Below are positions 36,456 to 50,100 of a stretch of 64,000 bases of DNA, in pieces. This DNA is from Kudoa neothunni (Eukaryota; Animalia; Cnidaria), in the NCBI GenBank assembly GCA_964304625.1, contig OZ199838.1, positions 9,815,741 through 9,879,740 on the forward strand, given 5' to 3'. The notes under the pieces are model-generated. The model was not told the DNA's origin. It worked only from the letters and a program-made list of their open reading frames with translations, and made no database searches. Positions within the stretch are counted from its first letter, which is position 1, and every line of letters begins with the position of its first letter. A program made the position numbers and the translations under genes.

Positions 36456-37474
36456 GGCTAAACTACGCAATACGGGACCAATTCAATAATAGTCGGAATA
36501 AATCGAAATGTTCAAATTATACGATAAAATTATTGTTTATTTCTCGAAAAAATGAATTTAGTTAGCATTTTTTATATTTTCGAGAGAAAATATAATCAGA
36601 TATATAATCGTAGAGCGATTCGAGGTTTTTGTTTGTAACGCTACGGTACTTTCTTTTGAAAGCACCCCAAGTAGCTTCAATTCGGTTAGTATGGACACCA
36701 GTACCCGAAACAAACGAATATTTGTGCGTCACAGTTTCGTGAAGAAATCCAAGTTCATTTACACGTCGATATCCTGTCCAGCTATCGGTCCACATAATTG
36801 AACTTTCCATCATTCTATTTAAACTGATATTTTCAAGAATCTCGCGGCTCCTCTTGTTGGTTAACTCAAAAAAACAATTGTCACTCTTATCGATACCACC
36901 AACTATCCAATAATGTTGATTTTTCAACAGACGACCAACGTTGTATTTGCGTTTAGTGGCGGCAGTCTCATCAATTTTCACCTCAAATTTTTTTATTTCC
37001 ATCGGTGATTTTTAGGGTGATAATACTCCACATTAATTCCCTCCAATCATGAATCGTATTATGCAATGAAATTTTAGTATGGGTTTGAATTTCTCCGTAT
37101 ACCACGTTTTTTAATTGGATCAGCATTACGAAAAAAAAGAAAAAGTTTCCATAGTGGAAGATTAGAATGTTGAAAAATTGGACCAACTCTTAGATTTTTT
37201 TCTTCTACAATCTGGGCAGCGGAAAAAAGTAAGTCATTCAGAGACTTATCAAAAACCTCCCCATCATGCATCCACATTCACATTTCTTCTGTGAAGAAAT
37301 AAAGCCGATATTTTGAAGGGTTTTTACAATATACATCGTATCATATTTAAAGAACCCATAATCTGCGATCTATATGGTGTCAATATTTTATAAATAAAAT
37401 TTTTTAGCGGGAAACTCATTTCTCGACCGTTGTCCGACTTTACCCCAAGCAGTCCCGTATTGTGTAGTATAGCC
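36456..37474 (-). mobile_element. Merlin/ISXO2 (IS1595-like) transposon with a frameshifted transposase
   Basis: TIRs GGCTAAACTACGCAATACGGGAC and GTCCCGTATTGTGTAGTATAGCC. The ORF at 36562-37002 has VKIDET...KRKYNVGR, WIVGGID, WTDSWTGY, and VHTNRIEATW. Confidence 0.9.
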
Positions 37475-37482
37475 GCGTACTC

Positions 37483-38423
37483 TCCGAAACATACAGTTTT
37501 TTATAATTATTTAATAACGATTTGAAAAGGTAGAATAAACAACGATATGCTATAAAAACATACACTTTGTGATTTTGAGGTCAATTTGACCCCAAAATTT
37601 TTATTATTTTAAATGATACTAAATAATTTAAAGACGTGAATAATTGAGTTTGGTACAATTCTGTAGGCAGAATGCTGTGGAAATAAGGATGATATGTACA
37701 TGAGATTATACGCGATGGCGCGGATGCATCAGTTTTACCGCGCCGTTTGCACGAAACATGTGGACAAAAGCCCAAGGAAGACTTTGATGAGATTTTTCTC
37801 GCTGCTTATGAGAGATATTCCGACGAAATATTTTATATCACTTATTTTAATTATCGAAATTCAAATTCTGGTGGATCTGACGATAAAGCTGAGGATTTGA
37901 AAGTGTTTTGCAAGGAGACTAATGTTTATAGCCTAAATTATATCCAAAAAACGATATAAATAAAATTCATATTGTTTACACTCGATCAAAGGGGGTATAA
38001 GTGGTTAAGTGATTATTTTTACCCTTCCCAGCCCCGAGGGGATTATATAAAAGTGATTACCAACTGTGAGAAACTAATTTGTTACTCACGTTACAAATAA
38101 ACTTAACTTATCAATATTTTTAGTAAAAAAATTGAAACCATTCTTCACGCCATAAATTGGTTTATTCTACTAATTCGTTCCAATAAAGTCCAAGTCGACA
38201 AAAACATATGTTGCGCCAACAAATTCACACACATTCGAACTAATTTGTATACACAAAGTGTTAATATTGGTGAAAATACAAAAGAAATTGATCTATATAT
38301 TTTTATTTAATTTTACATATGATTACATAAGTATTTCTTGCATCGTTAAATGCAATAAAATCCTGGGGTAAATTTAACCCTAAAGGCACCAAGTATATAG
38401 TAGATTTTGAGGCGCTCGGAAGG
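37483..38423. mobile_element. piggyBac-like non-autonomous element
   Basis: GGTCAATTTGACCCC and GGGGTAAATTTAACCC subterminal palindromes. It ends CGGAAGG|TTAA, like the 60713 element. Confidence 0.5.
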
Positions 38424-38427
38424 TTAA

Positions 38428-38615
38428 ATGGGTGTGATTTCGGATGATGGTCGCGACCGAGGCGGGAATATTTAGTCGCTTATATTCCCACATTACTCCA
38501 CTATTCCAGAGAGAAGAGAAAGACCACGGATCCTATAGCGTTCACGAAGGCAACCTCACCAGTCAGAACTCCACATTCAAATAGTTTTTACCAGGGGGTT
38601 TACTTCATAAAAAAA
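38428..38615 (+). mobile_element. 3' fragment of the SINE family at 1870-2343
   Basis: CCTATAGCGTTCA...ACCAGTCAGAACTCCACA...CCAGGGGGTTTAC...AAAAAAA aligns with the reverse complement of 1870-1970. Confidence 0.65.
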
Positions 38616-38890
38616 GTCTAATAAGCAAGTCTCCGGAGTGCATTAGATATTAAATTAGGATTTTCCTATAAGTCTACATTGGGAAAAATATGTTTGTTTT
38701 CACTGTTAATACTGAAGCAAGAGAAATCATAGAATCGAATATTATGTCAAAGTATGTGTCCTCATTACTTTTTGAAAGAAAAAGACAAACAAATAGTAAA
38801 AAATGCACCAATATAGCTACGGAGTGTGACAGTATGATATTTATATGACTGAAAAGTGAGGATTTTTACTATTTTTCTGTTAAGTTTGAA

Positions 38891-39339
38891 TTATAGCCCA
38901 GAGTTGCAACCATTTTTAGTACAGCAGCTTATCTAAAAATACCACAGTCTAAATCTATACATTTTTATGGATAATACCCAACAATTCTTCAAACCATAAC
39001 AAAGCGAAGATGTAGTGTTACAGTATTGTCTTCTGTTGCACCCTCTCACGTAAGAATGAACATAGTTGGAAGTAGGATTGTTTCGCTCAAGATACCCGTG
39101 TGCTCTCACCGTAACACAACAATCATGGTAAATTTGGCATTTGCGTACATATCCTGGTTGGCAATATTTGGCTGACACTCGAGAAGAACATATATGACAT
39201 GAGATTGAGACAACTAAACAAATCGTACATGTAGGCATAATCATGCTCAATTCTTGGCATTACTTGTGGGTAAGCATATCCACAATCCAATCAAAATTAT
39301 AGTAATAATAACACAAGATATACCCCTTTCGGTACGCAT
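38891..39339 (-). CDS. secreted Ly6/uPAR (three-finger) domain protein, 3 exons, 117 aa
   Basis: Exons 39339-39264, 39213-38978 and 38932-38891 with GT-AG introns. Hydrophobic leader (ISCVIITIILIGLWICL), SCHICS start of the domain, RGC motif, and terminal CCTKNGCN followed by SGL*. Confidence 0.8.
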
Positions 39340-39601
39340 TAATTAACAGCAGATTGTAATTAAGTTAAAGGTGACCTCAAACCAACTTCCACAAGATTTG
39401 TTCGCCGAAATAACAATATTCTAATTCCTCTGAGATTAACAACAATAAAATTGAGCATCGTACCGCATAATACAATAATAAAGATTATTCCTCGGAAAGC
39501 TACTTTTTAGAAATCTACTAGTTACGCCACCAACACCACATCATACCAAACAATATTTATCAATATAAAACAAAATTTCTATTAACAATATGATCCTAAC
39601 A

Positions 39602-40011
39602 TTATTTCTTTTTATTATTGTAGTAAGGAGTAGTTTCGGAAAAATCGAAATCAGCGTCATCAAAGTAGTTATCGTTGTTATGGTTATTTATTATTTCGAG
39701 TCGATCTGGCGCAGACTGATAGCTGCATGAAGAAGACTGTTTCAATGAGAGTAACTAAATAAAATCATTTTAATGGTAAGCTTTAATTAAATACCTTTTC
39801 GAGTATCTCAAGTTTTTTGTCGTTGTTCATATCGATAGCGAGTGCAGATTTTTTTGATTTTCTTGACTTACGTTTTCCAACTTCTAGTAATTCGATTAAA
39901 TAATTTTAATACTGGATTAGTACTTTTCTTTGGTTGTTTCTTTAAATTATTAGAAACAAATTCTGTATTTTTCTCAATGTTGAGAGCTTTTCTAAGTAAA
40001 TTTTCAGACAT
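39602..40011 (-). CDS. AROS/RPS19BP1-like ribosome biogenesis protein, 3 exons, 109 aa (absent from the ORF track)
   Basis: Exons 40011-39924, 39883-39795 and 39754-39602, separated by two 40-nt GT-AG introns. The protein MSENLLRKAL...KKSAL...PDR...YFDDADF parallels AROS MSAALLRRGL...KSAL...DR...VFTEEDF. Confidence 0.6.
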
Positions 40012-43000
40012 GGATAAGCCAAGGTTGCTATTTGTTTATAATGCGCGTGCGTACAACCAACAAAATGGCACCCTCGACTAATTGGGGTCTATGTGCTCGT
40101 ATGGAAACAACTGTGGTGTGTATTAGAAAAACAATTATTCGGAACTTTGATGATATAACTGTTTTAAAATTAAAAATTTATAGACTTTATGTTTACTAAT
40201 TTCTCCCCAATTTCGTGCATATGTAATGTTACATTGTTAGAACGCTTGTAGAGTTCTCGATAAAAATTGTATAAATTTATACTTATATTTAACAATAATC
40301 GCTAATTGATGCAGGATCCCTTATTAATATCCACAATAAAACTTCCGTATTGCTCAACTCTTGGGATTTCGAATTGTCACATGACAACAAGCAAATATCA
40401 AGAGATGGTGTGAACTAAAATTGGATATTAAGAATTTTTTATTCATTACTCAGCTTTATTTTTTTGCTATAGTAATCTATCAGCGAGTTTTGAGAACCCT
40501 GAAAAGGAGGGACAGTGCGGGAGGACTCGAAGCTATGAGTATTCTGAGAATTATTGGTTAGATTTTTTGTCGCATTGCTCTTCCGTTATTGCTTCCCTAC
40601 CCCCAGATGGAAACAATTGTCAGTCATATACTCAATTATTGTAGTGCGATTATAGTTTTATTCATACCCAGGAAGGATGGATCAATTAGAATTTTAATCT
40701 AATGAGGATACAAAGTAGTTTATACTTTCACATTACCACAGATAAAATATGAAGTTGGCGCCATACTTTATGTCGCATTATGCTTTTAGTTTTTATGAAT
40801 GCTACTATCCGAATAGCCATAACTCCACAACCTATTTTAATAGGTTTACCCCACAGATTAAAGAAAATTCGATAACTATATTCTTAAAGATTTTAATTTA
40901 CAAATCTTCTGCTTTAATTTATTCATATGGAATAAAGTATTTAAATTTTTTCTAAACAAAAACTGTCCAAATACTCCATATAGTAATCCCCCTTGTTATT
41001 TTTTTTATCCCTATCGTTTTCTATTTCAATTAGATTGTCATTATTATTTTTGGTTTTTTTTAATTTAATTACTACTCATACCAAGCTACTTTTATATATT
41101 GCGTAAATTTAAAAATGGGGGTAAAGTTTTTGCCTGTGTTTTGGGGAGGAATATGGAATCAGCATTTATCCACTTCTTTCGGATATTTATATTTGACATT
41201 TTAACGTTATTTTTGAGATAGAAATTTATTTACGTCATCTATATTTGTTTTATACTTGATGAAAATATTGTTGCCTCGGTCGACCATTACCTGTTATTTA
41301 TCTCTGTGAGAATATTTACACGAAAACTAGCTTAAAATTTACGTAAATTAAATAATTATATTTATGGAATTATACTGATTTATAGTTAAAAATCTAACTT
41401 ATTATTTTCGTAGTTCCGAAACTACATATATGATCAGGCACATTATGAACATAAAAGTGAAATTAAAAAAATTAACGAATAAATTATGCTCATAATTAAA
41501 AAATTTTCTTCATATTTTATTATTTAATAAGTTCCTGGATAGTTGGGACCTTGATTCGAAATTTTAGTAATCAAATTAAGCTTGGGTCAATTTAAAGATT
41601 TAATTTTATTCTGGAAACTTACATTGATCATGTCAAGGATTATGAGACCTAAATTTTTTATAAATATTGCCCAATAATTCAAATTAGACAAAAATTATTT
41701 CGAAAAATTTAACTGAACTTTAATACAAAAATTAAAAAAAAATCGGATCTTATAATTTATACCTTATAAATGACGACAGAAAAGTGAATTAATAAAAAAT
41801 ATGTATTTCTCGCTAAAACACCTTTTATATTTTAAATGTATATTTCATTAAAGTTTCTATTATAAATTCAAACGAAAATTTACGAGATAGCAAAGTGTTT
41901 ATTCACCTTCAAGCCAAAATAATCTCCTCATAAATCATTCGATTTTGGTTTAATTTTTTCATTCTAAGAATGAAATTTTATTATTAGTAATATGACCTTA
42001 AAATGTAGAAATTAAATTATTTTATGTTAGAGGATTATTCTTTAAAAATTTACCGATGCCATGTTGTGCATTATAGAGAGGAAAGCTTGCAAGGCATGCA
42101 CTATTAATCGACTGAGAGGACAACGGTAAGTATTGTAATAATAAAGTAATATGTACCAAAAATATTCCCGTCTTTACTTGCGTCTTAAATTGCATGAAAT
42201 GGAACATGCCATTTGGTCGTTTACTATTGTACGAAGAATTTATTAATATTTATATTTCACGATAGAAAATCTATCTAATGATAGAGTTTAATATTTTCGT
42301 CATTCGTTTTTAGGATTGTTTGCTTAATGGTTAAATATTTTTACATCTCACTGTTGTAATTCTGAAACGAAATAAGATCACTAACATTCCATATATCTTA
42401 CACAATTTGACTGAAAAGCTATTAAAATAAAAACCCTAATTTTCTAGAACCTAATTTGTTGGAACTCTGTTCTCCGAAAAATTTATGTTTTATTGTATTT
42501 TACCGGTTTTGACTGTTAGTTGGTGAATGATTTATCGCAGTATCGTAAAGTTTATACAGTGTATCAATGTTACAGAAGATTGTTGGGTGAATTGTAACGA
42601 TTCCATCTTTGAGAACTCAGGCGTGTGGTAAATTCGTTGTAGGCATTTCTCTGTGCATGCATTTATATTTATCGGTATGTGTGCAGTTTTCCCTTCTCTT
42701 GCTTTTCGGTTCCCCAAAACATGCCAAAAATAAAATATAATAAATGTATAATAACATTTGAAGTTTATTTAAAGTCCATGTACAGAACTATGTATATTTT
42801 CACAAAAATTTCATCATTTGATTAAAATATATTGAGATTTTGAATGTTTATGTTCGATCTCATATGCTACAGATCCAACTTTAAATTACGCTTATTCCGT
42901 AAATTTATGGTTTTAAATAAATTAAAACAACTTCACGGCAGATTATTGACATTCATTTAGAAACTAAGGATATCCGAAATAATTCTTGTGCTTAAATTCC

Positions 43001-43739
43001 TTCTGATATAACGAATAAATCTTTATAGCCATTGGATAATAGAATTTAAATCATAAATTTAAGCAATAAAAGGATTTGGTAGTTATCAACAGGAATACTG
43101 TGATCTACATTTTCATGAACTAATTTCAGTGTTTCGTAGCTGGATGAGTTGTAGATGATCTACGCATATATTCATAATCAGTATATATTATTTATAATCG
43201 CAAACAAGGGGAAAGATATTCCCTTCAATGAGGTATTTATTCGTCTTTTTCCTTGTGTGGATCGAAACGAAATTTACGTTGGACGTCCCAAAATCCATTA
43301 TATTATAAAATTATAGACCGCAATTTGGAGAAAATTATAAATCCTGAAATAGACAAAATACAAAAGTGTATGGGTCGTACGCAATATGGCTCCAACGCAA
43401 TTTTTAAAAATTTACTTGTTTACTACTTATTTTATTTTAATTCAAATTTAAATATAAATAGATAGTTCAATACAAAATAGATCATTTGTTAATAAATAAT
43501 TGGTTTTCAACCAAATATTAGGGTCGAAAACTTATCGTATGGATCTAACGCAAAAATGGCTCGAACGCAGCTCGTAATCTGAACTTTGTACAAAATAATG
43601 GATGGAGCGTCAATTTTAGCGAATCACATCACTTTACACTACGAAAACACTCGAAATTAAAAGGTTTTACGAGTTCATATCATACAATAAATATGCTAAG
43701 CTCCAAGTGATGGAAAAATTTGTCAATAAAATAACACGA

Positions 43740-44110
43740 TAAAAAAAAGGTCGAAATGACTGGTTCCATTTCTGTGTCTTTTCTTGAAAAATAGAATAGG
43801 AAAACCACTATTTCCAAGAGAAAAAATGTTATTATTTCTCGACTGTTTCTTGGGCCACAAAAAAATATTTGTCTAATGTAACACTTCTACTTTTCTCCGA
43901 ACACAACCAGTGTGCTTCAGTAACCGGATCATGGAATTGTTAAATTTTTAAAATGATGCACAAAAGAAATCCAATGACGTCTTCATACATCCGGTTTAAT
44001 TCCAAGATAGTGGCTACATTGTAACTGATGTCTTAGATGTTATTCAGTTGACAATCAAATTATGAGAGTATATTAAAACGGAAACCATAATTAACTGCTT
44101 TAGGAAATCA
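43740..44110 (+). pseudogene. Tigger/pogo (DDE_1) transposase remnant
   Basis: The degenerate translation NVTLLLF.PNTTSVLQ*PDHGIV and ETIINCFRKS is typical of Tigger transposases. Confidence 0.6.
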
Positions 44111-44809
44111 TTTTCCTCTCTGAAAATCCACTAAATGATGATTCCTATGATGTTCCTGATGATGATCAATTTAAATATGACATAATTGAGCTGATTGAAG
44201 AGGATAAATCATTCGAATTAACAAAACCTATTGAAGAACCTCTTAAAAGCTACACAGTCGACACCTCTGAAATTTTAACAGGGTTGATGACAACTGTAAT
44301 TGTATTGATAAAATTATTATATAAAACCAAGAGGAACTATATTAATTGGAAAAAGTTAGAAAACTCTTTCTAAACAAAATTTTGTCAATGATTGATAATA
44401 CAAATCGAACCTGAGTTGGCTAACTCAACATTTGAACATTTTTTCAGAACAACAAATATTGAGCAGTATTTTAATATAAAAAAGTATACAAGTTAATTTC
44501 TCCTCAAATTAATTTATTACTATCCTAACGCACGCGCCACTAGATGCGTCCAGCACCAAAGTGGATACAGCGCAGTGGTTTTCATCTTCCCAATTTCTGT
44601 TACATCCATAAAATAATGTATTTCACCAATATATGGTTATTTTTAGTTCGTCTTTTTAAGACAGCGAAACTACTAAATGAGGGCCGGAATTGGTGTACTT
44701 ATTTGTTATATGTTATTTTCATAACTCTATCAAAGCAGAACATTAATTTATATCTGGTCGTCTCAACAAATCAAATTTTTATTTTACAATATAATTAAAA
44801 AGATAATAG

Positions 44810-45838
44810 GGCAAAAGTACGGTTTAGTGGGTAACCTTCGGTATTTTTCGCTAGAGCATCGGCAAAAACATAAACATAATTCAAAACGACAATAAACAAC
44901 TCTAATGTTGGTAAATTTGGTTTATAGTATCTTTATACGAAGAAAACCGATTGTTTTTTTAATTTTTTTTAAATTGATGGTCTGCCAAATAAGAACCTAT
45001 TAATTCGGATTTCTTATTGGTTATATGGCGAAATTTTAGTTTAATTGCGCCCAAATGGCTTCAATTTTATTAGTGTGGACGCCATCGTTAGTTTTAAATT
45101 GAATGCTATGGTTAACAGATTCGTGCTTATAACCATGCCACTTATTTGTCTATATTATGGAACCGCTGCCCACATAAGCGGTAATAATATTTTCAAGAGT
45201 TGAGTGATCTCTCACTCCGGTCAAAACTTGGAAAATATTATTATTCTCATCAACCCCACCAACAATCCAAATGTTCTGGTTGACGAGAACCCTTCCCCGA
45301 TGATACTTTCTTTTACAGATGTTGGATTCACCGATCTGCACAATGACATCCACTCCTCCGATTCGAATCCTGTATAAATTGAAATATTCTACATAGATTT
45401 CTCTAATGTAGTTTTTCCAATTAACTATCATTTCTTTGGAACCGATTTTTAGCTGCCTCATTAGCATACTATATGACATTTGAATGTCAAAAACATCCAT
45501 ATACATTAACAAAAATATTTGCCATAGGATCAGTTTGGAACCTTCGAAAAATGCTCCTCTACGTAGGCTTATTCTTCCCCGACATTTATTACAACGGAAC
45601 CCATAACCATCAATCACAGTATCTTTTTTCAGGCCCATCACTAAATTGCATTTTTCGCAAGTTGTCTCTTTTGGTAGCAACCCTAAGTCTTGCATGCAAG
45701 AAATGAATTTTTCATTATCTCTCTTGAGAACATATAAATCTTCTAAATGCATTGAATCAATGCTTGAGAGTCAAAAACCCATTTCTATCGCGCGCAAACG
45801 AAAATGCCGAAGGTCACGCACTATACCGTACTTTAGCC
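44810..45838 (-). mobile_element. Merlin/ISXO2 transposon with a frameshifted transposase
   Basis: About 40-bp TIRs GGC(A/T)AAAGTACGGT(T/A)TAGTG, and a perfect 9-bp TSD AGATAATAG (44801-44809 and 45839-45847). ORF 45150-45752 has CEKC/CNKC, KRKYHRGR and WIVGGVD; VHTNKIEAIW lies downstream. Confidence 0.92.
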
Positions 45839-47185
45839 AGATAATAGCACTTTTTTAATTTTTAATTATATTCAATTTATTCCAAATAATTGAATTTGTT
45901 TATACAAATCACAATCTTTTAATTCTTTTCCAGGTATTTCGTTACTACGCGAATTGGGTCGGATACAACTTAGTTTTACAGTGAACAAATATTTACATAA
46001 AATGTAATAAGAATAGAAACCTTAATTAAAGTGATCGTTGATATTTAACATAATCGTTATGTTTAAAACCGATTCTATTAAAAAATGTAAGGAGGAGATA
46101 TTCGCTAGCCTGGGTGAACGTGACAACGTAAAACTAAACCTGTGTATCGATAATAAAAAAATTCTTGGATCAACAAAATTTATGTTTATAAAAACTAATC
46201 CATTGAAATTTTATGACATTTATGGTTACGAAAAACCATGAGGTCATCATTCCGAAGAAAAATGGTCCGGATTATCTGATTTCGACCGTATTTCAAAAAT
46301 AATATGTGATAGCATTATGTCAACTTTGGATGTTATAAAAATTTTGAAGATTAAAAATTATGTTAAACTACTTTAATTAAAAATTATAAGTTATAAATGC
46401 AAATCCACAAAGTATAGCGTAGAGTGGTCGAGGTAAATTTTCAACATTGGTTCCAGCACAATTCAGCTTGGAATCCTCTGATTGGCTTTGAATTTAGGTT
46501 ACGAAAAATTAAATATACTCCTTAAATTAAATTCAATAATCGAAACAAAAAGAAAAACAAGGAATCAAAAAACCTTTAAATAACAAACTTTATTATCCTA
46601 TAAACAGTATATATGGATTACCTTGTTAATTGTATAACAAATGCTATTTTGGTTCTCAATTATGAAATATTACAATGGAGGGTACATTTATCTCCGCAAA
46701 AATCTTTTATGTATGATCTGGAATTTTGGTGCAAAGATGGATTATAATACTGGATTTATTGTGTAAGACGGTAATACCTTTAGCATATTTATCTAGACTA
46801 TTTCGATGTTGATCTGATTATATCTTCAAGTTCTAAAAAGGGCTGATGCGGTAATTAGTGGATATATTTTGAGTTAAGTTGGCTCCAAAAATTACCTTCT
46901 AATCCTAGTTTTATATAATAGATATCAATGATAAACAAAAAGAGCGAGGATTTTACCGATAAGGTGTTGTTGTTGTGATGTTCATACAACAAATCTAAGC
47001 ATCAATAAAGTAGATAGGTCATTTACCACACAAGTATCCCATTGGCTTAATACGCCTTAAATCTTAAGTTTGAAAAAAAAATTATCGCAGCACTCGCTCG
47101 CCATCAATCTATCTTAACCAGCTAAAGTATGCGATAATATTTTAAACCGAAGTTACTGGTGACTGTATTACTGATAAAAATAGTG

Positions 47186-50100
47186 ATGAACTCAGACCAC
47201 AACAAGGATGTTGAATTATTGTCGTTGTTTCAACGAAACCTGAATATGCCCACCTTGGAATCCATCGTAAATATCATCAAAGAATATGACACAAAAATTG
47301 GAACTGGTCTAATAGCTAATGAATCAAATAAACATGTTATGTAAATCAAATTGTTTTATGATAGATTAACTATTGAGTGGGGTGGTTAACTAGCACAAAT
47401 TAAATGGGAATATTGTACCCATCTCGCTCAACCTAACTTTCTATTTCTCTAAATTTTCAATTAGATTTCTTTATCATTTTCGAGTGCACGAATGTGTCCA
47501 ATTCAAGCAGCACCGTTGTTCCTACCACAAACCGTACACTTGTTTCTTTTGGCATTTCGAAAATCAACGACGTCGTTTCCCATTTGATTCCAATCTAACT
47601 ACTATAGTCTACCAACATGACAATGTTTGTAAGAGTTATAATTCTATGACAGGAATTTGCAAAAATGGATCTAAGTAACCAAGTGTTTTCTCCACCATAT
47701 TATTACTTTGTTTTGTGCCGGTTAGTTGCAAATACGTTCACCATATCTATGGCGATATGGAACGACTATTTCATCCCTTCTATTACAAAACCACCAAGTG
47801 CATGTACAAAACCGATAGCAATGGGTTATGTAAGAAAAACAGCATTTACTGTGCCTTTTCACACGGACCTAACGATTTTCGAGATCTCAAAAATATCTAT
47901 GGGAATTATAATGTTTTTATGGACATTTCTATCAGTCTACCATCAAGTAAACCGATTAGTTGAGGTGGTTGAATGATGTGAATTGGATAGCACCACCTAT
48001 CAAATGCAACACGAGTACACTCTCCACCTCAGACGAGTTATCAAATGGCATGAGTGATGACTACCGTTGTTGGAGCTGGTTAGGTAATCTACGATGTAGG
48101 GGTGTATCTAAAATTGTTTCTTTTGGTGATAGATTCCAGATATATAATAAAAAACTACAAGACTATCTCATGCACGTTGGACCATCCAGAAGATTTCGAT
48201 GCTGCTTTGTGTCCTTTTTATCATGAGCCGAATGATCAACGTAGAAATCCTTACTATTTTAAATATGAGTAGTTGGAGTATCTGTTCTTCAGCAGACAAT
48301 AATTGTTATTATTCAGGGCCAGGAAGTGTAGATATCTTTTTCAAGATAACGTCTGGAATCATAAGGCAAATTGTCCTGACTCACACTTGTGCTCCTTTTC
48401 TCACAATAACTTCGAATATCAGTTCCATCCAGATGTAAAATATTATTATTGGCTTTTCTATACAACATCAAATAAAATAATTTTCTCAAATTATAAATAA
48501 TGCTGTTATCAAATAGAATTATAAAAAAAGGCCGTGTCCATCACTGGATTCAAATAAGACATGTGCTACAAAAACTTTCTGCCCATTCAGGCATCTCTAT
48601 AAGAGTAGTCGAAAAAAGGATAATAAATCATCACAGAAAACTTTATACAATTCTAACTCGTTAAAATCACCTAAGAATAATGAAACTTTCACCTCAACCG
48701 ATAATACTAGCGAAATTTCCCCCACAATCAAGGTTGATTGGTCTAGTCACGACCACAACAAGGATGCCCTACAGGTATCCACCTCCTTTAATACTAACCA
48801 GCTTGATCCTGACGATACCAAAAGTATTTTCGTAAGAAACAATTTTTCAAATGATATTGATCTATTGATCAATAATATCAACGGCAGTCAAGGTACTTCT
48901 TTCTATTCTCCTTGACATTTACTTTATCTTTGTGCCATTTTATATAAAAACATTTTTGAAGCATCGTGAGTAGAATTCATTTTTTCTAATATAGAAAGTT
49001 ATTGAACTTTTATTTAATTTTTAAATCATATAAATAAAGTTTGTGTTGTTTTGAAAGTAACAATGTCAAAACATGATATTAATTAACTTTTGACGAAACT
49101 TCTTCGTTAGATTCAAAAAATAGTGTCGCCGACCGTACATACCTTGCACCTGGGAAACTTTGTAATGACACTTCGTTGAACAAGGTATATAATTCTTATA
49201 TCAATCAATCGTTTGACTCACATTTAGAAGACTGTGAGTTTTGGTAATATGAGCACTAGCTATTTTTACGATGATTGCATAATCGATAAATTTCCGACGC
49301 CTACAAATGTAAGTAACGGCCTAATATCTATAAATAAATGAAAAATTATTTAAAATCAACTTTTTTAAATCTTAGACGCTTGTTTTATTATTATAACATG
49401 AATTTTTAAATAAGAGAGAAGTACGTGGTCTGTTAAAAAAGTATCGAGATTTTTTAAACATACAAAAACTATCTACAATTACAACTATTTGATTTATGTC
49501 CCTTCAAATATTCACCTCCCCAATCAACACACTTTTTCCAGCGATTTTCCAATTTTGGAAACATTGAGAAAAGTCTGTTTTTTGGAGGGAAAATAATTTC
49601 GTCGCCACATTTTGTTTAATTTCCATAATTGAAGAAAATCTTTTCCCTTTTAAATGAAACTTTATCTTTGGGAACAAAAAAAGTCACAGGGTGCCAAATC
49701 TGGAGAATATGATGGATGTTGGAGTTGTTCAATATTAAATTTGGATAGAAATCGTTGAATTTTAGTGGATGAATGAGCAGGTACGTTATCGTGATTTAGA
49801 ATTTAGCTACCGCTGCTCCACAATTCAGGTCTCTTTCGACGAATGGCGTCTCCAAGGCGGCGTAGAACATTTAGATAATATTCACTAGTTACTGTTTGGC
49901 CCTCAGGTGCATATTCACAATGAACAATTCCCATGTTTTCAAAAAATACAATGTGTAAAACCTTTATTTTACTTTTAACTTTCCGCGCTTTTTTCGGTCG
50001 TGGGGACGATGGAGTCTTCCACTCGGATGATTGCGGCTTGGTTTCTGGGTCATAGCCCTAAACCCACATCTCATCGCCGGTGGTGATAGAGGACATTAGT

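Noticed and set aside
42022-42717. Short minus-strand ORFs with a faint MULE-like FHFMQ motif
   Set aside because: Too degraded to support a call, and no termini were found.
46412-46487. tRNA-like start GTATAGCGTAGAGTGGTC
   Set aside because: No cloverleaf or proper T-loop can be built; at most a SINE-head relic.
47195-48766. 16-nt direct repeat GACCACAACAAGGATG twice in the Unkempt CDS
   Set aside because: A single short match with no wider duplication.
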